From Alphaproteobacteria bacterium (GTDB lineage Bacteria; Pseudomonadota; Alphaproteobacteria; JAIXQD01), in contig OZ251993.1 of assembly GCA_965246895.1 (NCBI GenBank), positions 640,490 to 704,489 on the forward strand: a stretch of 64,000 bases of DNA. Direction: 5' to 3'. This document shows, one piece after another, positions 9,628 through 19,158 of the stretch. The notes under the pieces are model-generated. The model was not told the origin of the DNA and did not search any database. It saw nothing but the letters and a program-made list of their open reading frames with translations. The position numbers and the translations under genes are program-made. How positions within the stretch are numbered: position 1 is the first letter of the stretch; each line of letters begins with the position of its first letter.

Positions 9628-10758
9628 CTATTGGTTTGCCTTTATTCGGGCTGCCAGCATGGCTGCTAATTGTTCCATGACATTGTCGTCTAAGGCCAGT
9701 TTGTCGCTCGTTTTGTCATTGGCTGCATCTCGTATCAGGTCAGCCTGTCGCTCGCTGCTGACCTGACCGTAGCTGCTGAATGTCGTGAGGATGCCGTCAT
9801 GGCCGAGGTTCTGGCTCCATGCCTTAAAGTACTCTGGGCCAAGATTTAGCTGGTAGGCCAGTTGCACAAGCATGTCGCGGAACGAGTGGGGCCGGTAATA
9901 GGCCAGGCCCGCGCCCAAGAAGGCTCGTTTGAAGATGTCACGCACGGGGGCGGCATTGGCCCAATGCTGCTTTGCGAGGCCTGCTACCTGAAAGCCATTA
10001 AAGCTATTTTGGCCGACAGCGGTTTTAGGAAAAAGCGGATCATTGTCGCCAAATAGTAGGTCTTCCCGGAGATGCTTCACCCAATCCAGCACGATCTGGA
10101 TAATATCTTCCCCAACAGGGAAGAAGAATACCTCGATGGTTTTGCTGAACTTGGTTCGCACCTCGCGTGGGTCTTGGAACACGCGCCGTTGCGCGGGGAA
10201 GACATGTTTTAGTTTCAGGCTGATAAGAGCGGCATCTCGTATGCCAGTAGCAGCAGTAAAGGCCAACAAGGCTCGGTCACGCTTCCCCATGTCCGTTTTT
10301 ACAGGCATGGCTTTAAGTGTGGCCCTTATCTGTTCAAGGGTAGGCTGTGTTTTAGGGCGTGGGGCATTGGCTTCGCGCCGTTCCTTGTTGCTTACGCTAA
10401 GGTAGGCAATATCGGCGGGCGGGATACGGCGAAAACCTTGACGCTGGCATAACCAGCCAAAAAACTCACGCAAGACATGCAGGGTGTGATCGATGGTGGA
10501 CAGGCTGATAGGTTGGCCGGATTGCTTCGACCGCGCTCTGACGAGGTGTTTTTTGAAGCCCATAGCCTGATCTGAATTGAAGGTCGAAAAGTCCTTGAAA
10601 CCGGTATAGCCTTCATAGCGGTCGATAGCACTGCGGGCCTGCTCGGCGGTGCTCTTAGCCCGCTGCTTGGCCTCGGTCAGATACAGCAGATAATCGCGCT
10701 TAATGCGATCGTTGCGTGGGTTGTTTTTAGCTGGGGGCATCTTCATTCTCCATGTCAA
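9628..10758 (-). CDS. Tyrosine recombinase / phage-type integrase (second integrase of the island)
   Basis: Catalytic R...HxxR...Y signature (YYRPHSFRD; LGHDGILTTFSSYG). Confidence 0.85.
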   Translation of the reverse strand: MTWRMKMPPAKNNPRNDRIKRDYLLYLTEAKQRAKSTAEQARSAIDRYEGYTGFKDFSTFNSDQAMGFKKHLVRARSKQSGQPISLSTIDHTLHVLREFFGWLCQRQGFRRIPPADIAYLSVSNKERREANAPRPKTQPTLEQIRATLKAMPVKTDMGKRDRALLAFTAATGIRDAALISLKLKHVFPAQRRVFQDPREVRTKFSKTIEVFFFPVGEDIIQIVLDWVKHLREDLLFGDNDPLFPKTAVGQNSFNGFQVAGLAKQHWANAAPVRDIFKRAFLGAGLAYYRPHSFRDMLVQLAYQLNLGPEYFKAWSQNLGHDGILTTFSSYGQVSSERQADLIRDAANDKTSDKLALDDNVMEQLAAMLAARIKANQ

Positions 10759-11260
10759 CAGTTAGGCGGGGTTCGGTGCAGTGGAATAAGTCGAATCCTG
10801 CCCGTTTCTGAACATCGAACATTTTCTCGATTGCAGGCATGTTGCTAAGCGCTTGGCTCTTGTTGATAGGTGTGCCGCACACCTCACAGACCGCTTTCAC
10901 GCGCACGAGCCTTGGATTTTCTTGGACAACATCCACCATATTGCCGAAAGCCCGACGCGGTGCGCGGCATTTCAGGCAGTAAAACTCATTAGGCTGGCAT
11001 TTGACCTTACGGCTGTTTTGACGAGCCTTTAGGAAGCGGGTTAACTCATCCCCGCGCACGAGATATGGCTTATGCCGATCATTTAGCCGCAAGCCATCCT
11101 TAAACCAGCGAAGCACTGCGTTTTTGTGTAGGCCATATAGCTCGGCTATTTCCTGCACTGTATAAGGCAAGGTAGCCTTCAACAGACGAGTATTATATGT
11201 GCACTTACCTCTGGGCATAGTGCGGCCTAGCGGCTTGCTGTCACGCGATTGGCAATCCAT
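10727..11260 (-). CDS. Putative DNA-binding protein (HTH + Cys4 zinc ribbon)
   Basis: HTH-like YTVQEIAELYGLHKNAVLRW; CLKC...CEVC; overlaps integrase start. Confidence 0.4.
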   Translation of the reverse strand: MDCQSRDSKPLGRTMPRGKCTYNTRLLKATLPYTVQEIAELYGLHKNAVLRWFKDGLRLNDRHKPYLVRGDELTRFLKARQNSRKVKCQPNEFYCLKCRAPRRAFGNMVDVVQENPRLVRVKAVCEVCGTPINKSQALSNMPAIEKMFDVQKRAGFDLFHCTEPRLTVDMENEDAPS

Positions 11261-11421
11261 TCCAGCACTTCAGCCTTGATCCAACCGACAGCGCGGGGGC
11301 CAAGGTTAATGCGTTGGGGAAACTTCCCCTGATCCATAAAGGCATAGATGCTGCTCCGGCTAAGGCCGGTTAGTTCTTTGACAGCATTTAAGCGAAGTAT
11401 CGATGATGGTTCTTCTTGCAT
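11227..11421 (-). CDS. AlpA-family phage transcriptional regulator / excisionase-like
   Basis: 64 aa, LRLNAVKELTGLSRSSIYAFMDQGKFPQRINLGPRAVGW (AlpA/MerR-like HTH). Confidence 0.7.
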   Translation of the reverse strand: MQEEPSSILRLNAVKELTGLSRSSIYAFMDQGKFPQRINLGPRAVGWIKAEVLEWIANRVTASR

Positions 11422-11657
11422 GACTTTGTTCTTTCTTGATTGCGATGGAACAAAGCTGGCTGAAAACGCTGCCGAATATTAGATGGGTGGGTTTAAAATA
11501 ACCTGTCTGAAAAAGCCGATGTTGCCGCCCACCTATAATGCCAAAGGGGTAGGTGGGTTTGGATTAACATGAGAATGGATAGTCGTTATTTGCTAAAATA
11601 TGGCTATATTGCTGTCTTCAGAGGGGTGGTTGGGTTAGCTTTTGTACCAGACGCTTT

Positions 11658-12272
11658 TTACTTGCGTGGTGTCTTTGAAGCCCCACCGCCCGGTTGCCAA
11701 TTCACGATCTTGGCAATTTCTTCGATGCCCTGATTGTTTGGATTGCCATCTTTTGAAGTTAGGCCGAGCCGGTCAGCGTTTTTCCGCAACCATATTTCTA
11801 TTGCTTGTTTTGGTGTTCCACCTTGTTCATGTTCTTTTGCTTCGGTTACTGATAGCCATGCTTCGACCGCAGCCGCCAATTTTGGTGCATAGAAAGGTTG
11901 ATCCTTTTGCATGTAAAACGGGACATGTGATTTACGATCGTTGAATGACCCGTCGAAAAACTCACTTTCAAAGCCTCTATCCAATAAAAACTTTTCAAAA
12001 TCCTTGAGCGTGACCGTTGTCTCAATTCCACGACCTGCAAAGTTCTCATGCGGCAGATGCTCTGAATTTACAGCCTCTAGTAGGGCTGTACGCATGGCAG
12101 GGTAGCCAACTGGTTGGCTGTAGGGGTCGATAATCTCTACGCTCTCGTTTTTAGCAGGATCAAGGCCTAACGCTAGCAATATGGCTTGCTGTAAAGTCAC
12201 TTCGTTGCATAAGCGCCAAAATCGAAGGTCACTATATTTCTGGTGCATACTTAGTTCAGGAATTTTTGCCAT
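11658..12272 (-). CDS. Hypothetical protein (island cargo)
   Basis: 204-aa ORF, no recognised motif. Confidence 0.45.
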   Translation of the reverse strand: MAKIPELSMHQKYSDLRFWRLCNEVTLQQAILLALGLDPAKNESVEIIDPYSQPVGYPAMRTALLEAVNSEHLPHENFAGRGIETTVTLKDFEKFLLDRGFESEFFDGSFNDRKSHVPFYMQKDQPFYAPKLAAAVEAWLSVTEAKEHEQGGTPKQAIEIWLRKNADRLGLTSKDGNPNNQGIEEIAKIVNWQPGGGASKTPRK

Positions 12273-12349
12273 TCAGTCTCCTTGATGCTTATCAGATGCT
12301 TTTGGACATTATCAATCTCGTAAAAGATTGGTTCAAGATAGGGATGGGG

Positions 12350-13606
12350 TCAGGCAGTTTTCTTGAATTTTCCCGCGATTATCTGGCCGCCACCGTTTAG
12401 AGCCTTATCAAGGAAGTCGGCATACACCTGCATCATTTTCTTGCGCTCCAGTAGGTATTCGGCCCGGTTATAGGCTGACCGGATTTTATCACCGTCCTCG
12501 TGGGCTAGCTGTCGCTCGATCACATCAGGTTGGAAACCCTTTTCGTTCAGGATGGTGGAGGCGAGGCTGCGATAGCCGTGACCTGTCATGCGGCCTGCGT
12601 AACCCATCCGGCGCAGGGCCATCAGAACTGCGCCATTGCTGATATGCTTGGCCTTGCCGCGCTGGCTATGGAAAATATGCTCCTTATCGCCGGTAAGGCT
12701 GCGTAGGTCGGTCATAATAGTCAAAGTCTGGTGAGAAAGCGGGACGATATGGGGCCGCTTCATTTTCATGCGTTCCTTGGGGATGTGCCATTCCTGCCGA
12801 TCCCAATCTACCTCATCCCATTTAGCGCCGATCAGTTCACCAGTCCGTACGAATGTTAGGGCCAATAGGTGCATGGCGTGGCTTGTCAGTTTATCTCCTT
12901 TATAGCTCTGCATGGCTTTAAGCAGTTTAGGCAACTCTGCGGGTGCAATGCAAGAATGATGCTTACCTACCGTGCTGGGCAGAACATCGCGCAGATCAGC
13001 AGCCGGATTATGCTGGCATAAGCCGCGCTGGGCTGCATAGCGGAAGGTCTGGCTGATAACCTGTTTGAGCCTGCGGGCGGTTTCAACCGTACCGTGCTTG
13101 GTGCCAATGGTTTCAACTATCTTCACAACTTCGGGGATCGTAATCTCGGTAATGGGCAGAGCACCGATTATAGGGAAGACATGCTGCTTCATGCGGGCGA
13201 GGGTCTGTTTTGCATATTTGGCATTTAGCTTACTGCTCTTATGCTCAAGCCAGCGCTTGCAGACCGCCTCGAAGGTGTTCTCGCCTTCATTCATCTGCCG
13301 CAGTTTCTGGACCTTCTTTTCACGCGTGGCATGTTTGCCTTGATCGACCAGTCCGCGGGCCTCGTCACGCTTCTTGCGGGCAGCAGCTAGGCCCAGCGCG
13401 GGGTATTTACCCAAGGCTAAGGATTGCTCCTTGCCATTGAAGCGATAGCGCCAGCGCCAAACCTTGCCACCAGCGGGCGTAACCTCAATGCAAAGGCCGC
13501 CTGAGTCGGCCAGTTTGTAGTGTTTAGCCTTCGGTTTAAGCGATTTAATCTTCAATTCAGTCAGGGCCACCGCATCCTCCAAATCCGCCCGCAGAAACGC
13601 CCGCAA
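12350..13606 (-). CDS. Tyrosine integrase, tRNA-adjacent (TTG start)
   Basis: P4-type integrase features (HxLRRT... YAGRMTGHGYRS... Y); start TTG read at 13604-13606. Confidence 0.85.
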   Translation of the reverse strand: MRAFLRADLEDAVALTELKIKSLKPKAKHYKLADSGGLCIEVTPAGGKVWRWRYRFNGKEQSLALGKYPALGLAAARKKRDEARGLVDQGKHATREKKVQKLRQMNEGENTFEAVCKRWLEHKSSKLNAKYAKQTLARMKQHVFPIIGALPITEITIPEVVKIVETIGTKHGTVETARRLKQVISQTFRYAAQRGLCQHNPAADLRDVLPSTVGKHHSCIAPAELPKLLKAMQSYKGDKLTSHAMHLLALTFVRTGELIGAKWDEVDWDRQEWHIPKERMKMKRPHIVPLSHQTLTIMTDLRSLTGDKEHIFHSQRGKAKHISNGAVLMALRRMGYAGRMTGHGYRSLASTILNEKGFQPDVIERQLAHEDGDKIRSAYNRAEYLLERKKMMQVYADFLDKALNGGGQIIAGKFKKTA

Positions 13607-13718
13607 TTGGGCTGGAACAGGCTGATGCGAATAGAATGGCGTTGGATGCTAACCCTTGCAAACACTTAGTGTTTCTTTGGGTAATTTAGATTTTATTGGA
13701 ACTCACTGGATGAGTAAC

Positions 13719-13808
13719 TGGCGGAGGAGGGGGGATTCGAACCCCCGATAAGCTTACACCTATAACAGTTTTCGAGACTGCCGCATTCAACCACTCTGCC
13801 ACCCCTCC
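13719..13808 (-). tRNA. tRNA-Ser (anticodon CGA), CCA encoded
   Basis: Hand-folded: acceptor GGAGGGG/CTCCTCC, anticodon loop CUCGAAA, T-arm GGGGGTTCGAATCCCCC, long variable arm. Confidence 0.85.
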
Positions 13809-13861
13809 GCAGGAATGATCGGTCGAGGGCTTATTTACCGCGCCATGGCCAAGCGCGCAAT

Positions 13862-13897
13862 AAAAAAGGCCGGCTGCCTTAGCGTGGGCAGCCGACC
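13862..13897 (-). terminator. Rho-independent terminator downstream of mlaC-like gene
   Basis: ggtcggctgcc-cacgctaa-ggcagccggcc stem-loop followed by TTTTTT on minus strand. Confidence 0.6.
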
Positions 13898-13915
13898 TTA
13901 ATCAAAATACCAAGC

Positions 13916-14539
13916 TCACTGCTTGACGACTGCGGGAGCAGCAGCCGTTTTCTTCCGCAGCAGGTCAAGCAGAGCGTCCATACTGCCACCACTGCGCTGT
14001 ACAACGCTTGCAAACTCATCACGCTGCGTTGCACTCATGCTTACGCCTTCAACCGTCACATCAACGATCTTCCAGCCATTACCTTCAGGACGCACGCGCC
14101 AAGATGTGTTTGTCGCCGGAGCGCCATCGGTATGGTTGATAACGGTTAACACGGTTTGGTCGCCGGTTGAGCCTTCAGGGCGTGCGCCTGTGACCTTGAA
14201 AGTCTCACCTGAGAAAGCGCTCAGACGTTCCGTGTAGATTTGCCGCACATAAATGCCGAATAGGCGGTCGTACTCTGCCATCTGCTCGGGCGTCGCTGTT
14301 TTGGCGGCGCGGCCCAACACAAACTTGCCGATTGCCGACAGATCGAAATTCTGTTGCATGAATTGGTTGAACTCAGCATTGCCATCAGCCGTCTTCACAC
14401 TTTTGGTGGAGAGGATGGTCAGCGCTTGATTGCCCGCGCGGCTTATGTAGTCGGATGCAGTTTCATTGGTGGCCTGGGCGCTAGCTATGTTAGCTGTCAG
14501 AAGGCCGACCAGAAGCAGAGTGAGGAGTCTGAAGATACG
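13916..14539 (-). CDS. mlaC: MlaC/Ttg2D-family periplasmic phospholipid-binding protein
   Basis: Signal peptide + toluene-tolerance Ttg2D-like sequence; start moved to MRIFRLL. Confidence 0.65.
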   Translation of the reverse strand, partial: RIFRLLTLLLVGLLTANIASAQATNETASDYISRAGNQALTILSTKSVKTADGNAEFNQFMQQNFDLSAIGKFVLGRAAKTATPEQMAEYDRLFGIYVRQIYTERLSAFSGETFKVTGARPEGSTGDQTVLTVINHTDGAPATNTSWRVRPEGNGWKIVDVTVEGVSMSATQRDEFASVVQRSGGSMDALLDLLRKKTAAAPAVVKQ

Positions 14540-14725
14540 CATGATGGTTCCTTTCATTGGTCTTTGCATAATCTAGTTTTAGCTGTCGACTGTGGCGTAA
14601 TTAAGCCATTTGCACGCAGGAACAGTGGCGGATGCGCCACCTGCCCGCAAGGTGGAAAAATGCAGGTTCCATAAACAAACGATTAGACAGTTTGCCCCTA
14701 GCTGCAGTTGGACTATTCTGAGTAA

Positions 14726-15709
14726 ATGACAGTTGCGGAGTCGCTCTTCCCGGACAGTGCCACCCTAGCGGATGAAATACCGGTCCGACGACTAAACTTG
14801 GTCGGCTATCTGCTTGATTTCTCGAAGGGCGGCGACAAAAACGGAGATGTCTTATTCGTTACGTTTGAGAATCGTGCCAGCGTGCGTACGTCTGATGACC
14901 GTCTGCCGTGGGGATTTTCTTTCCTTAAAGATGCAGGCTATGCAGTTTTGGGCGTTAAAGCTAAGCGTGCCGACTGGTATCGTGACGCCGAATTATCGAC
15001 GTTATTTGCATCTGCTGACTTCCATGCTTTTGCTAATTCTTACCGCCGCGTTATTTTTTATGGCGGTTCAATGGGCGGTACCGGTGCGTTGATGCTGGCA
15101 ACGCCTGGTTCCACGGTGCTGGTGATTAGTCCCCAAGTCACGCTCGATCCCATGCTCAGCTCCTGGGAAACGCGCTATGATGAAGCGCGCGCGTTCGACT
15201 GGTCAGGCGATCATCAGGCTGTCGCTGGCGCTGCGCGCGCATCTGCTGTTTATGTGCTGTACGACCCATTTGATCGGTTGGATTGTAAACATGTCGCACT
15301 CTTGCCACGCGCCACGCTGCACCACTTGCGATTGCCCTTTCTGGGGCATGGCGTGCCGCGTTGGATCTTGGATACCGGCTTACTGAAAGATTTGGTGCTG
15401 ATGGTGGCCGATGCCAACTTGACTCCAGCAGCCTGGAACAAGCTAGCGCGCCGCCGTCGTAACACGCCAGATTATGCTGTTCGCATGACTGCCGCCCGCC
15501 CAACGCCTTGTGTCACGCGGCTTTGCCTTATTGAAAACCTAAAACAATGGTGGCGGCTGGCGGATACCAACCGTCAAAATCTTCAACTGCAACTGCATGT
15601 TATGGATCTGCTTACGAAGACCGGACAAACTGAAGCCGCGCAACACGTAGGCCAGCGGGTGCAGGCGCTGTTAAATCTTGAAACCCCACCACCGAATCCA
15701 CGGCTATAA
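14726..15709 (+). CDS. Alpha/beta-hydrolase-like protein
   Basis: Nucleophile-elbow GGSMGG; no other assignment. Confidence 0.45.
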   Translation: MTVAESLFPDSATLADEIPVRRLNLVGYLLDFSKGGDKNGDVLFVTFENRASVRTSDDRLPWGFSFLKDAGYAVLGVKAKRADWYRDAELSTLFASADFHAFANSYRRVIFYGGSMGGTGALMLATPGSTVLVISPQVTLDPMLSSWETRYDEARAFDWSGDHQAVAGAARASAVYVLYDPFDRLDCKHVALLPRATLHHLRLPFLGHGVPRWILDTGLLKDLVLMVADANLTPAAWNKLARRRRNTPDYAVRMTAARPTPCVTRLCLIENLKQWWRLADTNRQNLQLQLHVMDLLTKTGQTEAAQHVGQRVQALLNLETPPPNPRL

Positions 15710-15770
15710 ATCCACAAAACGGCTGCGGTTGCGGCTTTCGCCTTTCCAAAAACCAGCCTAATCTTTCGCC

Positions 15771-18158
15771 ATGGCCTCAACCCCTGATTCTACTGGTTTC
15801 TTTCCGCAGCGCGCCTTGACGCTATTGCCGCTTTTGCTGGTCGCGGTTGGGCTGCTAATTATGGCCGGAGCGGCGCTGCGTCTTACCCAATTACCACCGC
15901 TGCCAAGCTTGCGCGCGATCGAACCCGTGCAGCAGGCGCAAACCGCACTGGGCTATGAGGGCTATCTCGGCGCACTGCAGCGGTATATGGCTGCCCCTTC
16001 AATGAACGGCGTCACGGAATTGCGCCGCTTTCAAACCAATGCCGAGCAAGCAATCATGACCTTGCAAAGCTTGAATGAGCCTGCGCTCGACGCTCCTGCC
16101 TGGGCTGCCGTATTGACCCTGTTTCAAAGTGCTACAGGCCGTATCGAGGATAGTTTAAGCAGTGGCCAAGCCTTGCAGCCCGATCGTTACACGCCGCTTT
16201 ATACCGCCTATCAACGTTTAGCTACGCTATCGTCAACCGTGCAACTAGCCGGCACGAACGCCACACAAGCCGCGCTGGCTAACCGCGCAGCACAGCAGCG
16301 GCAGCTGCTTTGGTGGCTGTGGGGCGGTATTCTGCTGGGGCTGACAGGCGCGCTCTGGTGGCTGTATCGCCAGCGTCAAGCCGCAGACATGGTTGTGGAA
16401 AGTGCCGATGGGCAAATGCGCCCAGGAAAATTTAACGTTCGCTTCGGCAGCGCCGCGCAGGCAACCTTCCAGGGACTAGTGGCCGAGCTTACACGCACGG
16501 TCGAGGGGCTGCGCAGTGCCGATATGCCCGCCACCTTGCAGAATGTGGAGGAGCTTTGCCGCGCATTGGCACGCACCGTCGCCCTCACGCATGAGGATCT
16601 GACCGGCACAGCCAGCGCGATGCGTGCCACGGGCGACCGCTGGCAGCAAAGCGAGGACAGGCTTGATACCCTCGTCGCTGCACTCGAAACGCGTGCCGCG
16701 ACTGTGGCGGAGATTGCCAAACTGACCGGCGCGCAGGTGCAGGGTAGCTTGAAGGATATCGTTTCTGCGCAAACGCAGATGCGCTATGCCGCAGGGCAGG
16801 TGGCTGATACCTTCACGCAATCCGGTGGCCGCGCTGAGGAGCTGAGCGAGCGGCTGCTGGCCGCGACCAATCTCTTGCGCGCCAGCGGTAAGGTGCTGCA
16901 GGAAACGGTCGATAGCGTCCGTACACGCATGCTCGATGCGACATCCGCGCTAACGCAGACCGATGCGCGCTTAACGACCGTGATCGAGCATAACAATGTT
17001 CGCCTGGGCGAACTCGCCAGCCAGGCCGAGGCCGTGCTCGCTCGCGGTGCGGAAGGGCAGGAGGCGTTAGCCACGCTAACCGCTGCCAGTGACCGCATTC
17101 ATGCCACGGCGCAAAAGCTGGAGCTTTCGGAATCTGATCTGGGGCAGGCTGTCGCGACCATGCTGGCGCAGAGTGATACTTTCGCGCCGCTGACGGAACA
17201 GCTACGCGAACTGCATGCGCAGTTGGCGCAAGGCAATGCGGCCACAACCCAAACAGCGATCATGCCGGATGCCACCGTCTCTCGCCTGGAAGCTGCGGCC
17301 GACCGCCTGGCCGATCTCACGGATGAAATGCGCAGCGGCAATGCGATTCAGCTTGCGCCATTAAATAATGCTCTTGATCAGTTGGCGCGCCTCTCGCAAT
17401 TGACGGATACGCTTGGCGCGATGTTGGGGCAGCTAGAAAAGGTTGCAACTGCGCAGCCGGTAACGACTATAGCTAGCACAGCCGCGCCCACGATCATTGA
17501 CAATGTCGAGCTCAGCGATATGGCGGCCCTTCGCATCAACGCCAGCTTGCAGCTGGTGCAGGGTCAGGTCAGCGAACTGTTGGGTCGCCTTGCGGGCGAG
17601 CAGCAGCAGCTGATTGAGCAGGTCGGTATCGTGCAGCGCACGTGCGAGCAACTACGCGGCCAGCGGTTCGACCGCGCGCATCTGGACGAGGCGCTAAACA
17701 TGCTGGGCCTGCAAATTGAGCGCAGCCATAGTGGCTTTACGGGTGAACTGACCGGTTTCTTAAACCGGTTCGAGCAGGCGCTTGCTGTGCCGATGCATGG
17801 GGACGACACTAATACTAGTCCAGAGGTAACGCCGCTGGCACGCGCTATCCTCGCCAAGCTGCGCGGTGATACGAATGGCGATACTGCAAATGCGGAATCT
17901 GTCGAAGCCGCCACGGCGGAAATATCTTTGCGCGATGCGCTGACACGCATGACGCAAATCAAGAAGCTGACAGGCGCGCTTAATCGGCAGAGCGAAGGCT
18001 TGTCGGCCATGGCTGCTGCCGCGCCAACTGCCGAGGCGACTGCGCTCGCTAATCAGGCCCGGGCGCTCATCACCGAAGTGATGGATGCCATCAGCGAGCT
18101 TTCCGCCACCGCCGCGACGATCACCGAGACGGCAGACCGATTGAACCAAGCAAGCTAA
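15771..18158 (+). CDS. Large membrane-anchored Ala/Leu/Gln-rich coiled-coil protein (hypothetical)
   Basis: 795-aa ORF, N-terminal TM, two internal TMs, extensive predicted coiled coil; antisense ORFs are GC artefacts. Confidence 0.5.
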   Translation: MASTPDSTGFFPQRALTLLPLLLVAVGLLIMAGAALRLTQLPPLPSLRAIEPVQQAQTALGYEGYLGALQRYMAAPSMNGVTELRRFQTNAEQAIMTLQSLNEPALDAPAWAAVLTLFQSATGRIEDSLSSGQALQPDRYTPLYTAYQRLATLSSTVQLAGTNATQAALANRAAQQRQLLWWLWGGILLGLTGALWWLYRQRQAADMVVESADGQMRPGKFNVRFGSAAQATFQGLVAELTRTVEGLRSADMPATLQNVEELCRALARTVALTHEDLTGTASAMRATGDRWQQSEDRLDTLVAALETRAATVAEIAKLTGAQVQGSLKDIVSAQTQMRYAAGQVADTFTQSGGRAEELSERLLAATNLLRASGKVLQETVDSVRTRMLDATSALTQTDARLTTVIEHNNVRLGELASQAEAVLARGAEGQEALATLTAASDRIHATAQKLELSESDLGQAVATMLAQSDTFAPLTEQLRELHAQLAQGNAATTQTAIMPDATVSRLEAAADRLADLTDEMRSGNAIQLAPLNNALDQLARLSQLTDTLGAMLGQLEKVATAQPVTTIASTAAPTIIDNVELSDMAALRINASLQLVQGQVSELLGRLAGEQQQLIEQVGIVQRTCEQLRGQRFDRAHLDEALNMLGLQIERSHSGFTGELTGFLNRFEQALAVPMHGDDTNTSPEVTPLARAILAKLRGDTNGDTANAESVEAATAEISLRDALTRMTQIKKLTGALNRQSEGLSAMAAAAPTAEATALANQARALITEVMDAISELSATAATITETADRLNQAS

Positions 18159-18173
18159 TAGAGGAGCCTTCCC

Positions 18174-18557
18174 ATGAAAGTTATGGTTTTCGTCAAAGCC
18201 ACTGCTGATTCCGAAACCGGTATCATGCCCGAACTGAAGCTCTTTGAAGATATGGGCAAATTCAATCAGCAGCTGATTGATGCAGGCGTCTTGGTCACGG
18301 CAGACGGTTTGAAGCCAAGCTCAGCCGGGGCGCGGGTGAAATTCAACGGCACGGATCGCAGCGTTGTGAATGGCCCGTTTGGTGGCAAGCCGGAGGACCT
18401 GGTCGCGGGCTTCTGGATCTGGGAGGTCAAGGATATGGACGAGGCGATCGAATGGGTGAAGCGCTGCCCGAACCCGATGCCATCCGAAAGCGAGATTGAG
18501 ATCCGCCCCTTTTTCAGCCCAGAAGATTTCGCAGAGATTATGCGGCAGTTGAGTTAA
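18174..18557 (+). CDS. YciI-like / DGPF-domain protein
   Basis: RBS GAGGAG; ~127 aa with NGPF motif typical of the YCII-related family. Confidence 0.55.
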   Translation: MKVMVFVKATADSETGIMPELKLFEDMGKFNQQLIDAGVLVTADGLKPSSAGARVKFNGTDRSVVNGPFGGKPEDLVAGFWIWEVKDMDEAIEWVKRCPNPMPSESEIEIRPFFSPEDFAEIMRQLS

Positions 18558-18560
18558 AGC

Positions 18561-19148
18561 TTAGCGTAGTACCATTGGCGCTAAATGCTGGCGGATAGCG
18601 GCGTTGGCATTGGTCGCGAATTGCGTCACCAGTTTATTGACGAGCGCCTTCTCGTAACCTTTCCGCACCTCCGGCGTAATGCCTTCGGGGATGGTCTGCA
18701 GGGCGGAGGCTTCAACTGTGGCAATACCGTTCCAGCGCAAGTCACGCTGTTCGCCCACGATTTCGACCGCAACATGCGCCACCAATTCTTCGCTCTGCTG
18801 CTTTGTGAAGTAACCCGTCACGCCGCCGATCTTGCCGAGTTGGCGAGAAATCACGCTGGCATCCTTGATTTTCACCTGCACGCTGCCGCTGTTGCTGCCA
18901 GCGATCAGCGTCTGCTTAGCCCAATCGTTGATGGCTTGGGCCGGGGTCACATCTAGAAACTGCTCAACATTCGGCGCGGTGCCGCGCGCGTTATACTCGT
19001 TCACCACCTGCACGCTGGCCGCATTTAGCCGGATCGTGCCGAGCTGCGCATAGTTCGGCCCGGTTGAGGCGGGGGCAAAATCTGTCGAACTGCAGGCGCC
19101 AAGCAACAGTGGCGCGGCAAGCAGGATAGCGGTAAAGATGCGGTTCAT
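18561..19148 (-). CDS. Lipoprotein, function unknown
   Basis: Lipobox LLGAC after signal peptide (start at MNRIF). Confidence 0.5.
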   Translation of the reverse strand: MNRIFTAILLAAPLLLGACSSTDFAPASTGPNYAQLGTIRLNAASVQVVNEYNARGTAPNVEQFLDVTPAQAINDWAKQTLIAGSNSGSVQVKIKDASVISRQLGKIGGVTGYFTKQQSEELVAHVAVEIVGEQRDLRWNGIATVEASALQTIPEGITPEVRKGYEKALVNKLVTQFATNANAAIRQHLAPMVLR

Positions 19149-19158
19149 ATGTTGGCTC

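Larger units (their letters stand above)
3221..13717. mobile_element. ~10.5-kb genomic island integrated at tRNA-Ser(CGA): two tyrosine integrases, AlpA regulator, low-GC signalling cargo
   Basis: Flanked by 15-bp direct repeats; integrase adjacent to tRNA; cargo GC ~45% versus ~60% flanks (by-eye estimate). Confidence 0.6.
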
